From assembly GCA_002774875.1 (NCBI GenBank), contig PCYM01000010.1, positions 8,645-72,644 on the forward strand: a stretch of 64,000 nucleotides of DNA, given 5' to 3'. Positions 50,143-60,560 of the stretch are shown in pieces (within the stretch, counting starts at the first letter, position 1; each line of letters begins with the position of its first letter). The DNA is from Candidatus Uhrbacteria bacterium CG10_big_fil_rev_8_21_14_0_10_50_16. Lineage in GTDB: Bacteria; Patescibacteriota; Patescibacteriia; UBA9934; UBA11717. The notes beneath the pieces were generated by a model. The model saw nothing but the letters and a program-made list of their open reading frames with translations, ran no database searches and had not been told where the DNA came from. The translations under genes and the position numbers were made by a program.

Positions 50143-50754
50143 GGCGTTCTCCTTTGCCCCGAAGGGCGGCATTTGCCGCGCTGTAGGGCGCTGCTGTGAG
50201 GGCTGCATCTAACGGATTTATTCCCGCCAGACACTGCTTCCTACCTATAAGCTAGCATATATTTTGAAAATTGTCAATAAAGACCCTCAACAAGGGCTTT
50301 CTCTCTTTAAAATAGCATTGCCGGTTTTACGCCAACGTTAGCCGTGTTTTTGAAAGGGTTCTACACAGGTTATCCACAGGTCAGTGTCGATGGGTGTCGA
50401 CAAAAAAGAGTAGAGAACCCGCCTTACTGGGTTGATCGTAAAAAAGGACGCGTGCAAAACCTGTCGACGTGGATCGACAAAAACACGTCCAATTACCCCC
50501 AGAATCCCCGATTGACGGAACAAAACGACTCTGTTGATATGGACGTGTTGACGCAAACAAACGACAACCCGGTGAAGCAAATCAACCGTTTGAATCACTT
50601 GCTTGTAGGTGTGTTTGCGCGCGACGTGTACGGATCGGGGGGCGTCTTAAGCGCTTGAGGCGCGCAATGTGATCTTTGCCTCTGGGTGGCTCTGGGTTTG
50701 GGGAGGCCTGTAACCGCTCAGGGCGACGGTCACATACCGTTGGAGGGTTTTATC

Positions 50755-51303
50755 ATGATGCAGAGAACAATTTTGTGTGCGGTTTTGGTGCTGTGTTGCC
50801 AGTGTACGGAGACGAATGAGCCTGGGTATGCCTATACGCCCATGTTCACAATTCCATTTAGTCGAGAGGAAACACTCTCCGTGAGTTCGTCTACACCTTG
50901 GCAGATGGAGCTGGAGGCAGATGTAGCCACGGATGTCGTGGCACCGCAACACGGCAAGGTGATTGAGGTTCGGGTGGGTTCTATTACCATTCGTCATTGG
51001 GACGCGAGTGCAGTTCTGGTGGTGGATGACGTGTGGGAGCCTCTGGTGTTGGTGGGTGATCGCCTGTGTGCAGGAGATGTGATCGGTCATTCCCGACGTG
51101 CGCGGGTTCGTGCATTTTGGGATGAGAAGGAGATGACGGATCAGCAAGACATTTCCATGGTTCGTTTGGTGCGAGATCACGTGGTGATCAACGGTTCCGA
51201 TGTGTCTGCAGGGGACAGAGTCTATAGTGCTCTTTCCTTGGCGCAGGACGAACGAGATTCAGATGTCGATCGGGCACGGTGTCCGTATCGAGATGGAGAG
51301 TAA
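50755..51303 (+). CDS. Lipoprotein, possibly a degenerate LytM-like domain, first gene of the T4SS-like module
   Basis: RBS GGAGGG 7 nt before ATG 50755. Signal/lipobox MMQRTILCAVLVLCCQC. A central segment (HGKVIEVRVGSITIRHWDASAVLVVDDV...) loosely resembles an M23 fold without the HxH motif. Confidence 0.45.
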   Translation: MMQRTILCAVLVLCCQCTETNEPGYAYTPMFTIPFSREETLSVSSSTPWQMELEADVATDVVAPQHGKVIEVRVGSITIRHWDASAVLVVDDVWEPLVLVGDRLCAGDVIGHSRRARVRAFWDEKEMTDQQDISMVRLVRDHVVINGSDVSAGDRVYSALSLAQDERDSDVDRARCPYRDGE

Positions 51304-51304
51304 G

Positions 51305-52441
51305 ATGAGAAATCGAGCAATGATGTGTGTAGTGATGGTTCTGACGGCATGCAACTTTGGACCCAGCGACTCGGAGACGGGTGACATGGGTGGTGGTGCG
51401 CCGGTAGTGGATGGTCGTCCCACGTTGCATATGCCGTTTCCAGTTGGGACGGCCTGGCGCTGCACACAGGGCGCCAACGGGTCGTGGTCGCATCGGTACA
51501 ACTCCACACGGTACGACGTGGACTTTGACACGCCCAACCCGCCGAGTCCGGTGACCAAGATCTACGCGCCGGTGGACGGTGTGGCGTACGTGCACAACGA
51601 CCAGACCGGATTCGGTCTGCACGTGAACGTGGATCATGGCGATGGCACCTACAGCGTTCTGGGGCACATGTCGCAGACGTTGGTGGAAGATGACAGTTGG
51701 GTGAGTGCCGGACAGCCCTTGGGTCTGGACGGCTGCACGGGCAACTGCACCGGAGATCATGTCCACCTGGGCGTGCACACGGGTGATGCCTCGCGTCCGG
51801 CGGGCGAAGGATCGTCCATCCCGTTCAACGTGTTTGCGGTGGACAGTAACGTGAGCATTACGCCCACGGCGCACAACACGAGTAACATGGTGTGCGGTCT
51901 CACGCAGGGACACTTCTACGAGAGCCAGTTGCCCGCGTGGTCGGACAACCAGACCGACGACTCGGATGTACCTACACCGCCGGACGAGGAAGACCCGACG
52001 CCATCGGATGCAGGTGACTCCGCGGACGACGATTCGGACGCAGCTGATGACGATTCGGACGCCGTAGACGACCCTGGTTCGCCGGACCCCAACCCGTCTA
52101 CGGGGCTTATTGAGCTCTGCTGGCTGCCCACCGGTCTTGTGAATCCGCACGACGGTGAGCTCTGGGTTTGGGACGGTGGATGGCAGACGGTCAACATGGT
52201 CGCGGGCGGCTTTGTGCAGCTCTGCGGCACGGTGACGGCGGACCCTGGTGACGTGTTGTTGATCAACGGGGAATTTGAGGCGGCCAACGTGCTGTCCAAC
52301 CCCTGGTGGATCTGCAGCAACTGGGGTGCTGCCGGTGGCATGGTGGTGCATGGGACGTTCTTCGTGAACGGCATCGCACTCCCGGCCACGGGTGTGGATA
52401 ACGGTGTCAACGGTTGCAATACGCGACTGATGGTGCCCTAA
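51305..52441 (+). CDS. M23-family (LytM-type) peptidoglycan endopeptidase lipoprotein with acidic linker, the T4SS-associated cell-wall hydrolase
   Basis: Lipobox MRNRAMMCVVMVLTAC. M23 motifs H-x-x-x-D (SHRYNSTRYDVD) and HxH (GDHVHLGVH). D/E/P-rich linker followed by a C-terminal domain. Confidence 0.75.
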   Translation: MRNRAMMCVVMVLTACNFGPSDSETGDMGGGAPVVDGRPTLHMPFPVGTAWRCTQGANGSWSHRYNSTRYDVDFDTPNPPSPVTKIYAPVDGVAYVHNDQTGFGLHVNVDHGDGTYSVLGHMSQTLVEDDSWVSAGQPLGLDGCTGNCTGDHVHLGVHTGDASRPAGEGSSIPFNVFAVDSNVSITPTAHNTSNMVCGLTQGHFYESQLPAWSDNQTDDSDVPTPPDEEDPTPSDAGDSADDDSDAADDDSDAVDDPGSPDPNPSTGLIELCWLPTGLVNPHDGELWVWDGGWQTVNMVAGGFVQLCGTVTADPGDVLLINGEFEAANVLSNPWWICSNWGAAGGMVVHGTFFVNGIALPATGVDNGVNGCNTRLMVP

Positions 52442-52552
52442 CGTAGCACTTGGTACGATCGATTTTGTTCGGTCGTGCCAAGCTTCAATTTGTGGATAGC
52501 CGGCTCACATCTCTTAGCGGTGCGTGCTATACTGGAGCTAATTACAAGGCAC

Positions 52553-55327
52553 ATGCTTAATTGGTTTCAACGTTCTAAACAAGTAATTCTGCGCGTTACA
52601 ACATCCCTCTCTGTTGTTGCGTTGTTTCTGTTTGTAGCACCGTCTGTTCACGCGGGTAGTTTATCCGATGCGTGGAATGATCCAGGATTATTTCTGGCAC
52701 GCATGATTGCCTATCTCATTGATAATTTGGGAGAGGTTATTGCGAGTCTCGCGACGTTGGAGCTCAAGATTCTGCAACCGATTTTGCAGTACAGCGATTT
52801 TATTAGCCACCCTGTTGTAGTAATGGGATGGGAGATTGTGCGGAACCTTACAAATACGGCGCTCATTGTCTTTATGTTGATCATTGCTTTTGGCACCATG
52901 TTTGGGGTCAAAAAGGTTAACTGGCAACAACAGATTCCAAAGTTACTAATTGCCGCCATTGCCATAAACTACAGCCGCATCATTACAGGTTTGTTCATTG
53001 ATATTGGTCAGGTAGTGATGAATGCATTCGTCAACGCACTCCAACAGGTAGGATTTGCCAACTTTTTTGAGATGCTCAAAATTCGAGAGGCCTACCAGCT
53101 TTCAGACCATCCTACGGGATTGGCAGAAGCGGGTACAGCGTTGACGTTATTGGGAACATCAATTTTTGCGCTCGTTCAAATTATTATTGTTGTGATTGTG
53201 TTGGGTGTAATGATTGCTGTTTTGTTGTACCGCGTTGTGGTTCTGTGGGTACTGATTGTGTTGTCGCCGGCCGCCTTTGGGGCGCGTGCAGCCGATGGGA
53301 TGCTTTCCAAGGCGGGAAATTATTACAGTGAATGGTGGGGTAAACTCACGGCGGCGGTGATGATTGGGCCGATTTTGGCGTTTTTTTTGTGGTTGTCTTT
53401 GGCGGCAACGGGAGCGAGCGATAAAGGATTGGCGGCAAACTTCGACACGTCTCTTGCAGAAGAAAACCAAGGAATTATCCAAAATAAGTCTTCTAATACA
53501 TCGCATTTACTCGCGTATGTGATTGGTATTGCGCTTTTGCTTGCTGGATTGGAGATGGCAAGTGGTACGGCGGGGCAGTTGGGAGGGTTCGCGGCCAAGG
53601 CGGTGAGCACCGGGTCCGGGTGGTCCAAAAAATTCGCCGCGGCACCTGTGTCGCTTGCGGGTGCGGCAACGGCCAAGACCGCACGTTTTGGTGGGCGGCA
53701 AGTCAAAAAAGTCGGTCGTTCCGGGGTTGAGTTGGCAACAGATCAAGTAAAGGGTCGAACGGCCGATTTTCGTCAATACACGCGTAAACGACTGGATCGT
53801 TTTGCCGATCGCTCTATTTTGGGTGGTGGTCTTGTAGGGGGAGCTATCGGACGACGCGCACGGGGAGTTTCTAGAAAAATGGGTAGTATGGACGATGCAG
53901 ATCGTAAACGCTTTCAGCAAGAAGAAGCCGGGTTTGGAGCAGACCTTTCCTTGGAGGAAAGTATGCGTTATCTGGAGGAAAACAGAGATTCAGGAAGTGC
54001 GCGCACACAAGCGCGAGTGGCACAACTACGTGGTTCTGTTGCATCTAACAAGGATCACATGAACACATTGCTTCAGGGTACGCCGGCACAGGCTGGACAG
54101 GCACGCCAAATGGTCAAAGATTCCATGCAACACTTTAAGGACACGGGTGATGATGCTTCTGTAAAGAAACTTGAGGATCGCATGAAGCAAGATTTGCGTC
54201 TTGGCAATGTAGATGCAAGTGGTATGAGTAGCGCCATGGAGAAGATGACAGACCGAGAGCTAAAAGGTCTATCAGAAGACAACTTTTCCGATGCAAACTT
54301 CCGTCAGGCAATGGCAAGTTCCGGTATGTTAAATCGATTCTTTGGTGGTACAGCGGACGAAAATGCGCGCAATCAGCAAGGATACTCTCGTTCCTTTATT
54401 CAGGGAGCGACGCGCGCAAATGCAAACCGGGCCCTGGACGGAGCGGAGACAACGCGTAATCAGGATGAACAAGACAGAATTGCCGCATTGGCACCGGCCG
54501 CTGCACGTGAGATTCCGCAACAGAGCAACAATACAGCGCATCGTCTTATGAATGCCCATTCTGCAGGAACGATGGGCAATACATTGTCTGCCGGTCTTAA
54601 TTTGCAGGATATTGATCTTGCAGAAATGCGTGCTGCGGGCGGAGGAACACTAGACCCTGTATTTGAAAATAGACTTATCGATGCAATACATGAGGCAATG
54701 ACATCCAGTAAGTCCGTTCCAATGGTTCAAGGATTGATGGAGGCAAGCCGCAACGCGGGTGCACCGCAGGAGCAGGCGCGTGCTCGGGAAATGATTAACT
54801 TTATGAGTGGAGCAAACGTTGCAGGATTGGACATTGGAACAGAAATTGATGCCGATGTTGCTAGCGGTGCTATTACCGGTGGTTCAGCGAGTGCTGTTCG
54901 TGCCCATCGAGCATTGCGAAACGGAGCTGTAGGATTTGGAGACATGGATCAATACGGTTTTGATGCTGCACGTCCACCCGCTAACCAGTTTGGTAATGAA
55001 ACAAATCGTCGCGAGTTTAGAACTGCGATTGCAACCAATCCATCCATCATTACAAACATTAACAACCGTATAACGGCAAACGGTGGGAATAATGACGTAG
55101 CTCGATCTGTAGCGCAGACCTTTGACAAACAAGCGCTTAATGGATTGCTAGAGAGTTTTGAAAAGGCGCGTGGAGGTCCACAAGAGGAAATGTATCGAGG
55201 AATTATTCAACAGGTTGGACAGGTGTTACAAAACCAGAGCCAGCTCATTGCCGAGGGCGATGAGATTTACGATCAAGTACAGCAAGCACAGCAACACTTT
55301 AGAACGCGTATTCGTACGCAACTATAA
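52553..55327 (+). CDS. VirB6/TrbL-like polytopic membrane protein with long hydrophilic C-terminal extension (Gram-positive T4SS channel component analogue)
   Basis: Signal peptide MLNWFQRSKQVILRVTTSLSVVALFLFVAPSVHAGS, then about 6 TM helices over about 300 aa, then about 550 hydrophilic aa. Architecture of VirB6-like proteins (ConG/Orf15/TcpH type). The ORF track starts at 52475. Confidence 0.55.
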   Translation: MLNWFQRSKQVILRVTTSLSVVALFLFVAPSVHAGSLSDAWNDPGLFLARMIAYLIDNLGEVIASLATLELKILQPILQYSDFISHPVVVMGWEIVRNLTNTALIVFMLIIAFGTMFGVKKVNWQQQIPKLLIAAIAINYSRIITGLFIDIGQVVMNAFVNALQQVGFANFFEMLKIREAYQLSDHPTGLAEAGTALTLLGTSIFALVQIIIVVIVLGVMIAVLLYRVVVLWVLIVLSPAAFGARAADGMLSKAGNYYSEWWGKLTAAVMIGPILAFFLWLSLAATGASDKGLAANFDTSLAEENQGIIQNKSSNTSHLLAYVIGIALLLAGLEMASGTAGQLGGFAAKAVSTGSGWSKKFAAAPVSLAGAATAKTARFGGRQVKKVGRSGVELATDQVKGRTADFRQYTRKRLDRFADRSILGGGLVGGAIGRRARGVSRKMGSMDDADRKRFQQEEAGFGADLSLEESMRYLEENRDSGSARTQARVAQLRGSVASNKDHMNTLLQGTPAQAGQARQMVKDSMQHFKDTGDDASVKKLEDRMKQDLRLGNVDASGMSSAMEKMTDRELKGLSEDNFSDANFRQAMASSGMLNRFFGGTADENARNQQGYSRSFIQGATRANANRALDGAETTRNQDEQDRIAALAPAAAREIPQQSNNTAHRLMNAHSAGTMGNTLSAGLNLQDIDLAEMRAAGGGTLDPVFENRLIDAIHEAMTSSKSVPMVQGLMEASRNAGAPQEQARAREMINFMSGANVAGLDIGTEIDADVASGAITGGSASAVRAHRALRNGAVGFGDMDQYGFDAARPPANQFGNETNRREFRTAIATNPSIITNINNRITANGGNNDVARSVAQTFDKQALNGLLESFEKARGGPQEEMYRGIIQQVGQVLQNQSQLIAEGDEIYDQVQQAQQHFRTRIRTQL

Positions 55328-55329
55328 CT

Positions 55330-57279
55330 ATGCCGCAATTGTCAGAGAGAACGTTCCTCTATCGGTTTTTGCCCGATGAGATTCGAGCATTCTTTTTGGC
55401 ATCTGGGTTTGAGGATATTGAAGCGATTGCAAAGGTCTACGGACTGTCTCAAGACGCAATAGACACCTTGGACACCATTCAACAGGAGGTTTTATTTGGG
55501 TATGAGCCGGTCGACAAGGTGCGTAACCTCATTCAAGATCGACTTAAGTTCGATGAAAAACTTGCTACACGCGTGGCGTTAGATTTGATCGAGAAGCGCT
55601 TTTTGCCGATTGATTCGTATCTCGGCTCCACGGCATACAGGGTTTTTTCTAGTCTTGGGGGTAATGTAACGGTGGTCAATATTAAACGCATCGACGCATC
55701 TGGCGGTACAGTCGTGGATGTTCGTCGAAGCATGACGGAATATCTCGCAGAGCAAGCGGTTAAAGCCGCCAATCCACCTGCGGCTGCGCCTGTTATTGAG
55801 GCGCCGGCAGCTATTCAACCTACACCGGTTCTTCAAACTCCCAAGCCCGTTGTTGAGCCTGTTGTGCAGAAGGCAGATCAGCCCACGGTAAAACCGACTG
55901 TTCAGAAAATGACGGAGCCTGTTAAAGAACAAAAGATCGGATCAAAATCTGTCGCTGCACCGATCGTAAAACCATTCGTCGAACAACAATCTTCGCCAAA
56001 ACCTGTCGAGAAGGTGTCCGTTGTTTTGCCACCTGTAGAATCGGATGAGGTAAAAACGGTAAAAGCATTTGATAAAAAATTAGATCGCCTAGACCCTGTT
56101 CGTAAGGGAGAAAAAGGGAAGGAGACGGGCGTGGTGAATGCGCCACTGGATCCGTCGCATGAGTTAGCTCCACCGCCCCCGGTGCTTGTAACAACGTTGG
56201 ATCAACCTAAAACGCGTAAAATTGCTGCGTTCTTTTCGCGTAAACCCAAAACGGGAATTAAACCTGAGCCGATTGTTTCATCGAAGCCAGAGCCAGTTGT
56301 CCCAAAGAAACAGGCGCCCATCTCCTCTGCTCCCGTAAAAGCGACGGAGTCCATTATGCGTGCTCCTGCCAAGGAGATTGTGGCAAAGGTAACCCCGGTC
56401 AAGCGTTCCCATGCGTTTCCCGAGGTGGAGGAAGAGGCAGAAGTCGCCAAGATGATGAAAAGTCTCGGCAGAGGGTCGCAGGTGCCGCCAAGCTTGGAGA
56501 ACAGTAAAATTGATGAGGTACAACGTAAACTTTCTTTGTCGTTTCCGTCGGCGGAACTCGACAAGCGATTTCGTGTGCTTGTGGGGTCACGATTGTCTGG
56601 GGTACGAACAGGTACGGCGTTCGCATCTGCGCTAGCGCGACCAATTGTCCAAGGGGGACTTGGATTTGATACACACACCGTGGAGCGTGTGTTGGATACC
56701 GTGGAAGGACATTTGGAATCGTCTCATTCCTCTGCAACCACAAAACTTGCGGAGGAAAAAGCTGCCTATGTTGCCACGAGGACCGAGCAATACAAAACAG
56801 ACACGCAAACACCTCCAGTACCGGAGACTGCGCCTGTAAAGACCTCTTTTACATCGACCGCGCCAAAAACACGCGCCGTGTTGTCGCAATCAACGGTTAA
56901 AGCAGGAAGGACGGCCTCTGGCAAGCAGCCGGTTGTGGACGTGCAATACAAGCGTCGTCTTGTGGGTCCTGTGGAGGAGCTTCAGAGGATGAATCTGGAG
57001 GATTTTAGGCGGTTACCAGGGGACGCAACGGAGGTGTTGGAAAATATTCGCGAGGATATTCATGCGATGTCTCGGCGAGATCCTGCCTTGTATATTCAAG
57101 GCGTGGAGGCGTGGCGGTCTAGCCCGCTTGTTGGGTTGTATCGCAAGCTAATGAGTACGGCGCTGCAACAAGGTGTTGCGATTGAATCCATTTTGTCTGA
57201 CAAGCACCTTAATCCCGGTGTTATTACACTTGAGGAACTCAACGCAATTCGTTCGTTCAATGCTTCTCTGCGTTATTAA
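55330..57279 (+). CDS. Hypothetical protein with central Pro/Val/Lys-rich linker (T4SS-module gene, no TM)
   Basis: 649 aa: N-terminal globular region, PVxEPVVQK-type low-complexity middle, conserved-looking C-terminal about 120 aa. Confidence 0.5.
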   Translation: MPQLSERTFLYRFLPDEIRAFFLASGFEDIEAIAKVYGLSQDAIDTLDTIQQEVLFGYEPVDKVRNLIQDRLKFDEKLATRVALDLIEKRFLPIDSYLGSTAYRVFSSLGGNVTVVNIKRIDASGGTVVDVRRSMTEYLAEQAVKAANPPAAAPVIEAPAAIQPTPVLQTPKPVVEPVVQKADQPTVKPTVQKMTEPVKEQKIGSKSVAAPIVKPFVEQQSSPKPVEKVSVVLPPVESDEVKTVKAFDKKLDRLDPVRKGEKGKETGVVNAPLDPSHELAPPPPVLVTTLDQPKTRKIAAFFSRKPKTGIKPEPIVSSKPEPVVPKKQAPISSAPVKATESIMRAPAKEIVAKVTPVKRSHAFPEVEEEAEVAKMMKSLGRGSQVPPSLENSKIDEVQRKLSLSFPSAELDKRFRVLVGSRLSGVRTGTAFASALARPIVQGGLGFDTHTVERVLDTVEGHLESSHSSATTKLAEEKAAYVATRTEQYKTDTQTPPVPETAPVKTSFTSTAPKTRAVLSQSTVKAGRTASGKQPVVDVQYKRRLVGPVEELQRMNLEDFRRLPGDATEVLENIREDIHAMSRRDPALYIQGVEAWRSSPLVGLYRKLMSTALQQGVAIESILSDKHLNPGVITLEELNAIRSFNASLRY

Positions 57280-57344
57280 CTGTTGACAAAAATACGTGCA
57301 CCGTTTCTGTCACGCGTCTTACACTAATCTGTTATACTGTACCC

Positions 57345-57797
57345 ATGGCTGGAGAGTCAGAACAATTCGTGATCCCGCAGTTTATAGATGTGGAAAGCAA
57401 GATTATCGGTCCGATTACGGTCCGACAGTTTACGCTTATCATGGCATCAGGGCTTGTGGGAGCGATTATCTACAAGCTGTTTGATTTTAGCTTGTTTTTA
57501 CTGATTGTTATTCCACAAGCTATCGTAACGCTCCTGTTTGCCTTCGTAAAAATTAACGGTCAAGGATTGCATTATGTGGCGCTGAATTGGATTCAAACAC
57601 TGCGTCGCCCCTCGTTGCGTGTATGGAATAAAAATAGAACAGACGCGGATCTCAAGGCGAAGATTTTTAAAAAGGAACCTCCCCCTCCACCACCGTCATT
57701 CACAAAACCCTCGTTGCATGGATCGCGATTGCGAGACCTATCGCTCGTGGTCAATACGGGTGGCGTATATATTCCTGATGATGAGAAAACAACCTAG
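57345..57797 (+). CDS. PrgI/VirB3-like small membrane protein (2 TM)
   Basis: N-terminus ...FVIPQFIDVESKIIGPITVRQFTLIMASGLVGAIIY then a second TM, the PrgI-family pattern. TGTTATACT -10 box 6 nt before the ATG. Pro-run PPPPPP near the C-terminus. Confidence 0.6.
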   Translation: MAGESEQFVIPQFIDVESKIIGPITVRQFTLIMASGLVGAIIYKLFDFSLFLLIVIPQAIVTLLFAFVKINGQGLHYVALNWIQTLRRPSLRVWNKNRTDADLKAKIFKKEPPPPPPSFTKPSLHGSRLRDLSLVVNTGGVYIPDDEKTT

Positions 57798-57799
57798 GT

Positions 57800-58495
57800 A
57801 TGGCCTCAAAACAGAAACAAACAAGCGATCCAAAGCGACCCACCACGCAACGATACCTGGATATTCAGGAAATTCGTGACGATATTGTTGCATTAAAAGA
57901 CGGAACTGTTCGCGCGGTTATTTTGGTGTCGAGTATCAACTTTGCCCTCAAGTCGACCGACGAGCAGCAGGCGGTGATTCAGGCGTATATGCAGTTTTTG
58001 AATGGGCTTGATTATCCACTGCAAGTAGTGATTCAATCACGAAAAATGCGCATCGACGATTATGTGGCTCGTATGCGGGAGGCAAGTGCCGATCTCAAGA
58101 ATGAGCTCCTTAGAACACAAACGGACGATTATATTTCCTTTATCCAGGAGCTTGTGGCGGGGAACGACATTATGAGTAAACGGTTCTATATTATTGTGCC
58201 TTACGATCCGTTTACTAACAAGAAGCGGAATTTTTGGACGCGAGCCGGAGAGGCATTGGCGCCAGGGTCGCGTATCCGGTTGAGTGAGAAACAGTTTGTG
58301 GAACGACAACATGAATTGGAACAACGTGTAGCGCAGGCGTTGGGAAGTCTCAATAGTATGGGCTTGTCTGGTGCGCGGTTGGATACACAGAGTTTGATTG
58401 AGATGTATTACAATTCGTATAACCCGGTTACCTCACAAGCACAACCGCTCGCGGATGTAAGTAAGTTAGATATCGACACGTCGTATGGCTTTTGA
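57800..58495 (+). CDS. VirB4-like ATPase, N-terminal fragment (Gram-positive VirB4 N-domain signature), overlaps the next ORF by 11 nt in a different frame
   Basis: INFALKSTDEQQAVIQAYMQFLNGLDYPLQVVIQSRKMRIDDYV matches the conserved N-terminal block of PrgJ/TcpF/Orf16-type VirB4 proteins. Confidence 0.6.
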   Translation: MASKQKQTSDPKRPTTQRYLDIQEIRDDIVALKDGTVRAVILVSSINFALKSTDEQQAVIQAYMQFLNGLDYPLQVVIQSRKMRIDDYVARMREASADLKNELLRTQTDDYISFIQELVAGNDIMSKRFYIIVPYDPFTNKKRNFWTRAGEALAPGSRIRLSEKQFVERQHELEQRVAQALGSLNSMGLSGARLDTQSLIEMYYNSYNPVTSQAQPLADVSKLDIDTSYGF

Positions 58496-60542
58496 ACAAC
58501 AAATTGAATCGTTCGAGCAGTCGAGTCGGAAGAAGGCAAAAACGGAAAAGGGACCTGCGCACCCACAGGCACCAAAAAAGCTCAATCCAAAACAGGAGCA
58601 GCAGCAACAGCAACGCCGCGAACAAGACAGTGTACGGCAGCTCCTTGAGGAAGAACGCGTGTACCAGCGTGGCGTCATCTCTATTCGTGACCTCATCGCA
58701 CCGTCTTCCTTTGACGTCAACTCGAGCTATCTAAAAATCGCGGACGTGTACATGCGCACGCTCTTTATTGTTGCTTATCCTCGGTATGTGGGTGTTGGTT
58801 GGGCAGCCCCTGTGATTAACCTTAACTGGACGTTGGACATCTCGATGTTCTTTTACCCAATCGAGGCCAAGGTTATTTTAAAACAGTTGCAAAAGAAGGC
58901 CGGAGAGGTGGAAGCACAGCTTTCTACGGATCAACAAAAAGGAAAGCCTCGGGACCCGTTGCGAGAGACGGCATTGCGAGATATAGAAGGTTTGCGCGAT
59001 TCGCTCACCCAGGGGGTAGAGCACTTCTTCCAATTTGCGTTTTACGTGACAATCTATGCAAAAGACAAAGAGGAACTTGATCGCGTGAGTGACGATATCG
59101 ATTCACTCTTTGGATCAAAACTCATCCATACAAAACGTGGATACTACCAGTCGGAGCAGGGATTCAACTCGACGATTCCTTTAGGCAACGACGAACTTCA
59201 GATTACGTTTAACATGAGCACAAGCCCGATTGCGTCGAGTTTCCCCTTTATCTCTTCTGAGTTGACGAGCGACAATGGAATTTTATACGGCATTAATCGT
59301 CATAATAACAGTTTAATCTTGTTTGATCGGTTTAGTTTGCAAAATGCTAACGGTGTAGTGTTTGCAACCTCTGGAGCCGGAAAAAGTTACGCCGTGAAGT
59401 TGGAAATTATCCGTTCCATGATGTTGGGTGTGGAGGTGATTGTTATTGACCCGGAAATGGAATACAAAACACTGTCGGATGCAGTTGGAGGAACTTACGT
59501 CAACGTATCGCTCTCGTCGGAAAGTAAGATCAACCCATTCGATTTGCCGCGTGCGATTACCGTGGATCAAGCGGTGGATGATATTATTCGATCAGCGGTT
59601 ATTACGGCAAAGGGTTTGCTGCGGATTATGATGGGAACGCCGCAAGGACAGGCGGGAAAGGTTGGCTTTACACCAGAGGAAGATGCTTTGCTGGATCGGG
59701 GCATCTTGGAGGCGTATGCAAAGAAGGATATTACCGCGCACAGTGATTTGGCGACGGTGGATCCACCAACCATGAAGGATCTGCAAGAGGTCTTGGAGGG
59801 TATGACGGGTGCCGAACAATTGGTAGAGCGGCTCAAGAAGTACACACTTGGAACCTTCGCTGGATTGTTTAACTCGCCAACAACGGTAGAAACGGATAAT
59901 CAACTGGTCATTTTTTCTGTGCGAGATTTGGAGGACGAGTTGCGGCCAATGGCGATTTACAACATTATTACTTACATTTGGAACGTTGTACGATCCACAC
60001 GCAAAAAACGTTTGCTCGTGATTGATGAGGCCTGGTGGTTGATGCAGCACGAGGACTCCGCGCGATTCATTTTTGCACTCGTTAAACGTGGCCGTAAGTA
60101 CTACTTGGGCGTGCAGACCATTACGCAGGATGTAAACGACTTTTTACGATCGCCCTACGGACAGGCTATTGTGACTAACTCCAGTATGCAGTTGCTCATG
60201 AAGCAATCACCGGCGTCTGCCGACTTGGTGCAGAGCACGTTTAATCTGACGGATGCAGAAAAATACTTGCTTTTAGAGGCAGGAATTGGACAAGGGATCT
60301 TCTTTGCAGGTAACAAACACGCGGCAATTCAGGTGGTAGCAAGTTATGCCGAAGACAAACTGGTGACCACAAACCCACAACAGCTTTTGGAGCTGGAGGC
60401 ACAGCGACGACAGTTTGAGCAGGAACTCGCATCGGAGCAGGCATCACAGCAGGGCATTGTAGATGAAGAAGTAGCAAAAAAAGAACTAGAAGAAACAATT
60501 GCAGATGAGGGGGAGGGGCTCGTGGATAGTCTCGCAAGCTAA
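58485..60542 (+). CDS. VirB4/TrbE/CagE-family T4SS ATPase (main part)
   Basis: YLKIADVYMRTLFIVAYPRYVGVGW block, Walker A FATSGAGKSYAV, Walker B LLVIDEAWWLM, conserved C-terminal motifs. Confidence 0.85.
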   Translation: MAFEQQIESFEQSSRKKAKTEKGPAHPQAPKKLNPKQEQQQQQRREQDSVRQLLEEERVYQRGVISIRDLIAPSSFDVNSSYLKIADVYMRTLFIVAYPRYVGVGWAAPVINLNWTLDISMFFYPIEAKVILKQLQKKAGEVEAQLSTDQQKGKPRDPLRETALRDIEGLRDSLTQGVEHFFQFAFYVTIYAKDKEELDRVSDDIDSLFGSKLIHTKRGYYQSEQGFNSTIPLGNDELQITFNMSTSPIASSFPFISSELTSDNGILYGINRHNNSLILFDRFSLQNANGVVFATSGAGKSYAVKLEIIRSMMLGVEVIVIDPEMEYKTLSDAVGGTYVNVSLSSESKINPFDLPRAITVDQAVDDIIRSAVITAKGLLRIMMGTPQGQAGKVGFTPEEDALLDRGILEAYAKKDITAHSDLATVDPPTMKDLQEVLEGMTGAEQLVERLKKYTLGTFAGLFNSPTTVETDNQLVIFSVRDLEDELRPMAIYNIITYIWNVVRSTRKKRLLVIDEAWWLMQHEDSARFIFALVKRGRKYYLGVQTITQDVNDFLRSPYGQAIVTNSSMQLLMKQSPASADLVQSTFNLTDAEKYLLLEAGIGQGIFFAGNKHAAIQVVASYAEDKLVTTNPQQLLELEAQRRQFEQELASEQASQQGIVDEEVAKKELEETIADEGEGLVDSLAS

Positions 60543-60560
60543 TCGACGCACATAATTTGT

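Noticed and set aside
50370-50382. Exact E. coli DnaA-box consensus TTATCCACA
   Set aside because: Single isolated box with no dnaA/dnaN nearby and no box cluster, so most likely chance.
50344-50658. 104-aa ORF upstream of the T4SS-like module
   Set aside because: AT-rich, contains the spaced direct repeats and the DnaA-like box, and has no RBS or -10 box. Probably a regulatory region rather than a gene, so it is kept only as a low-confidence note.
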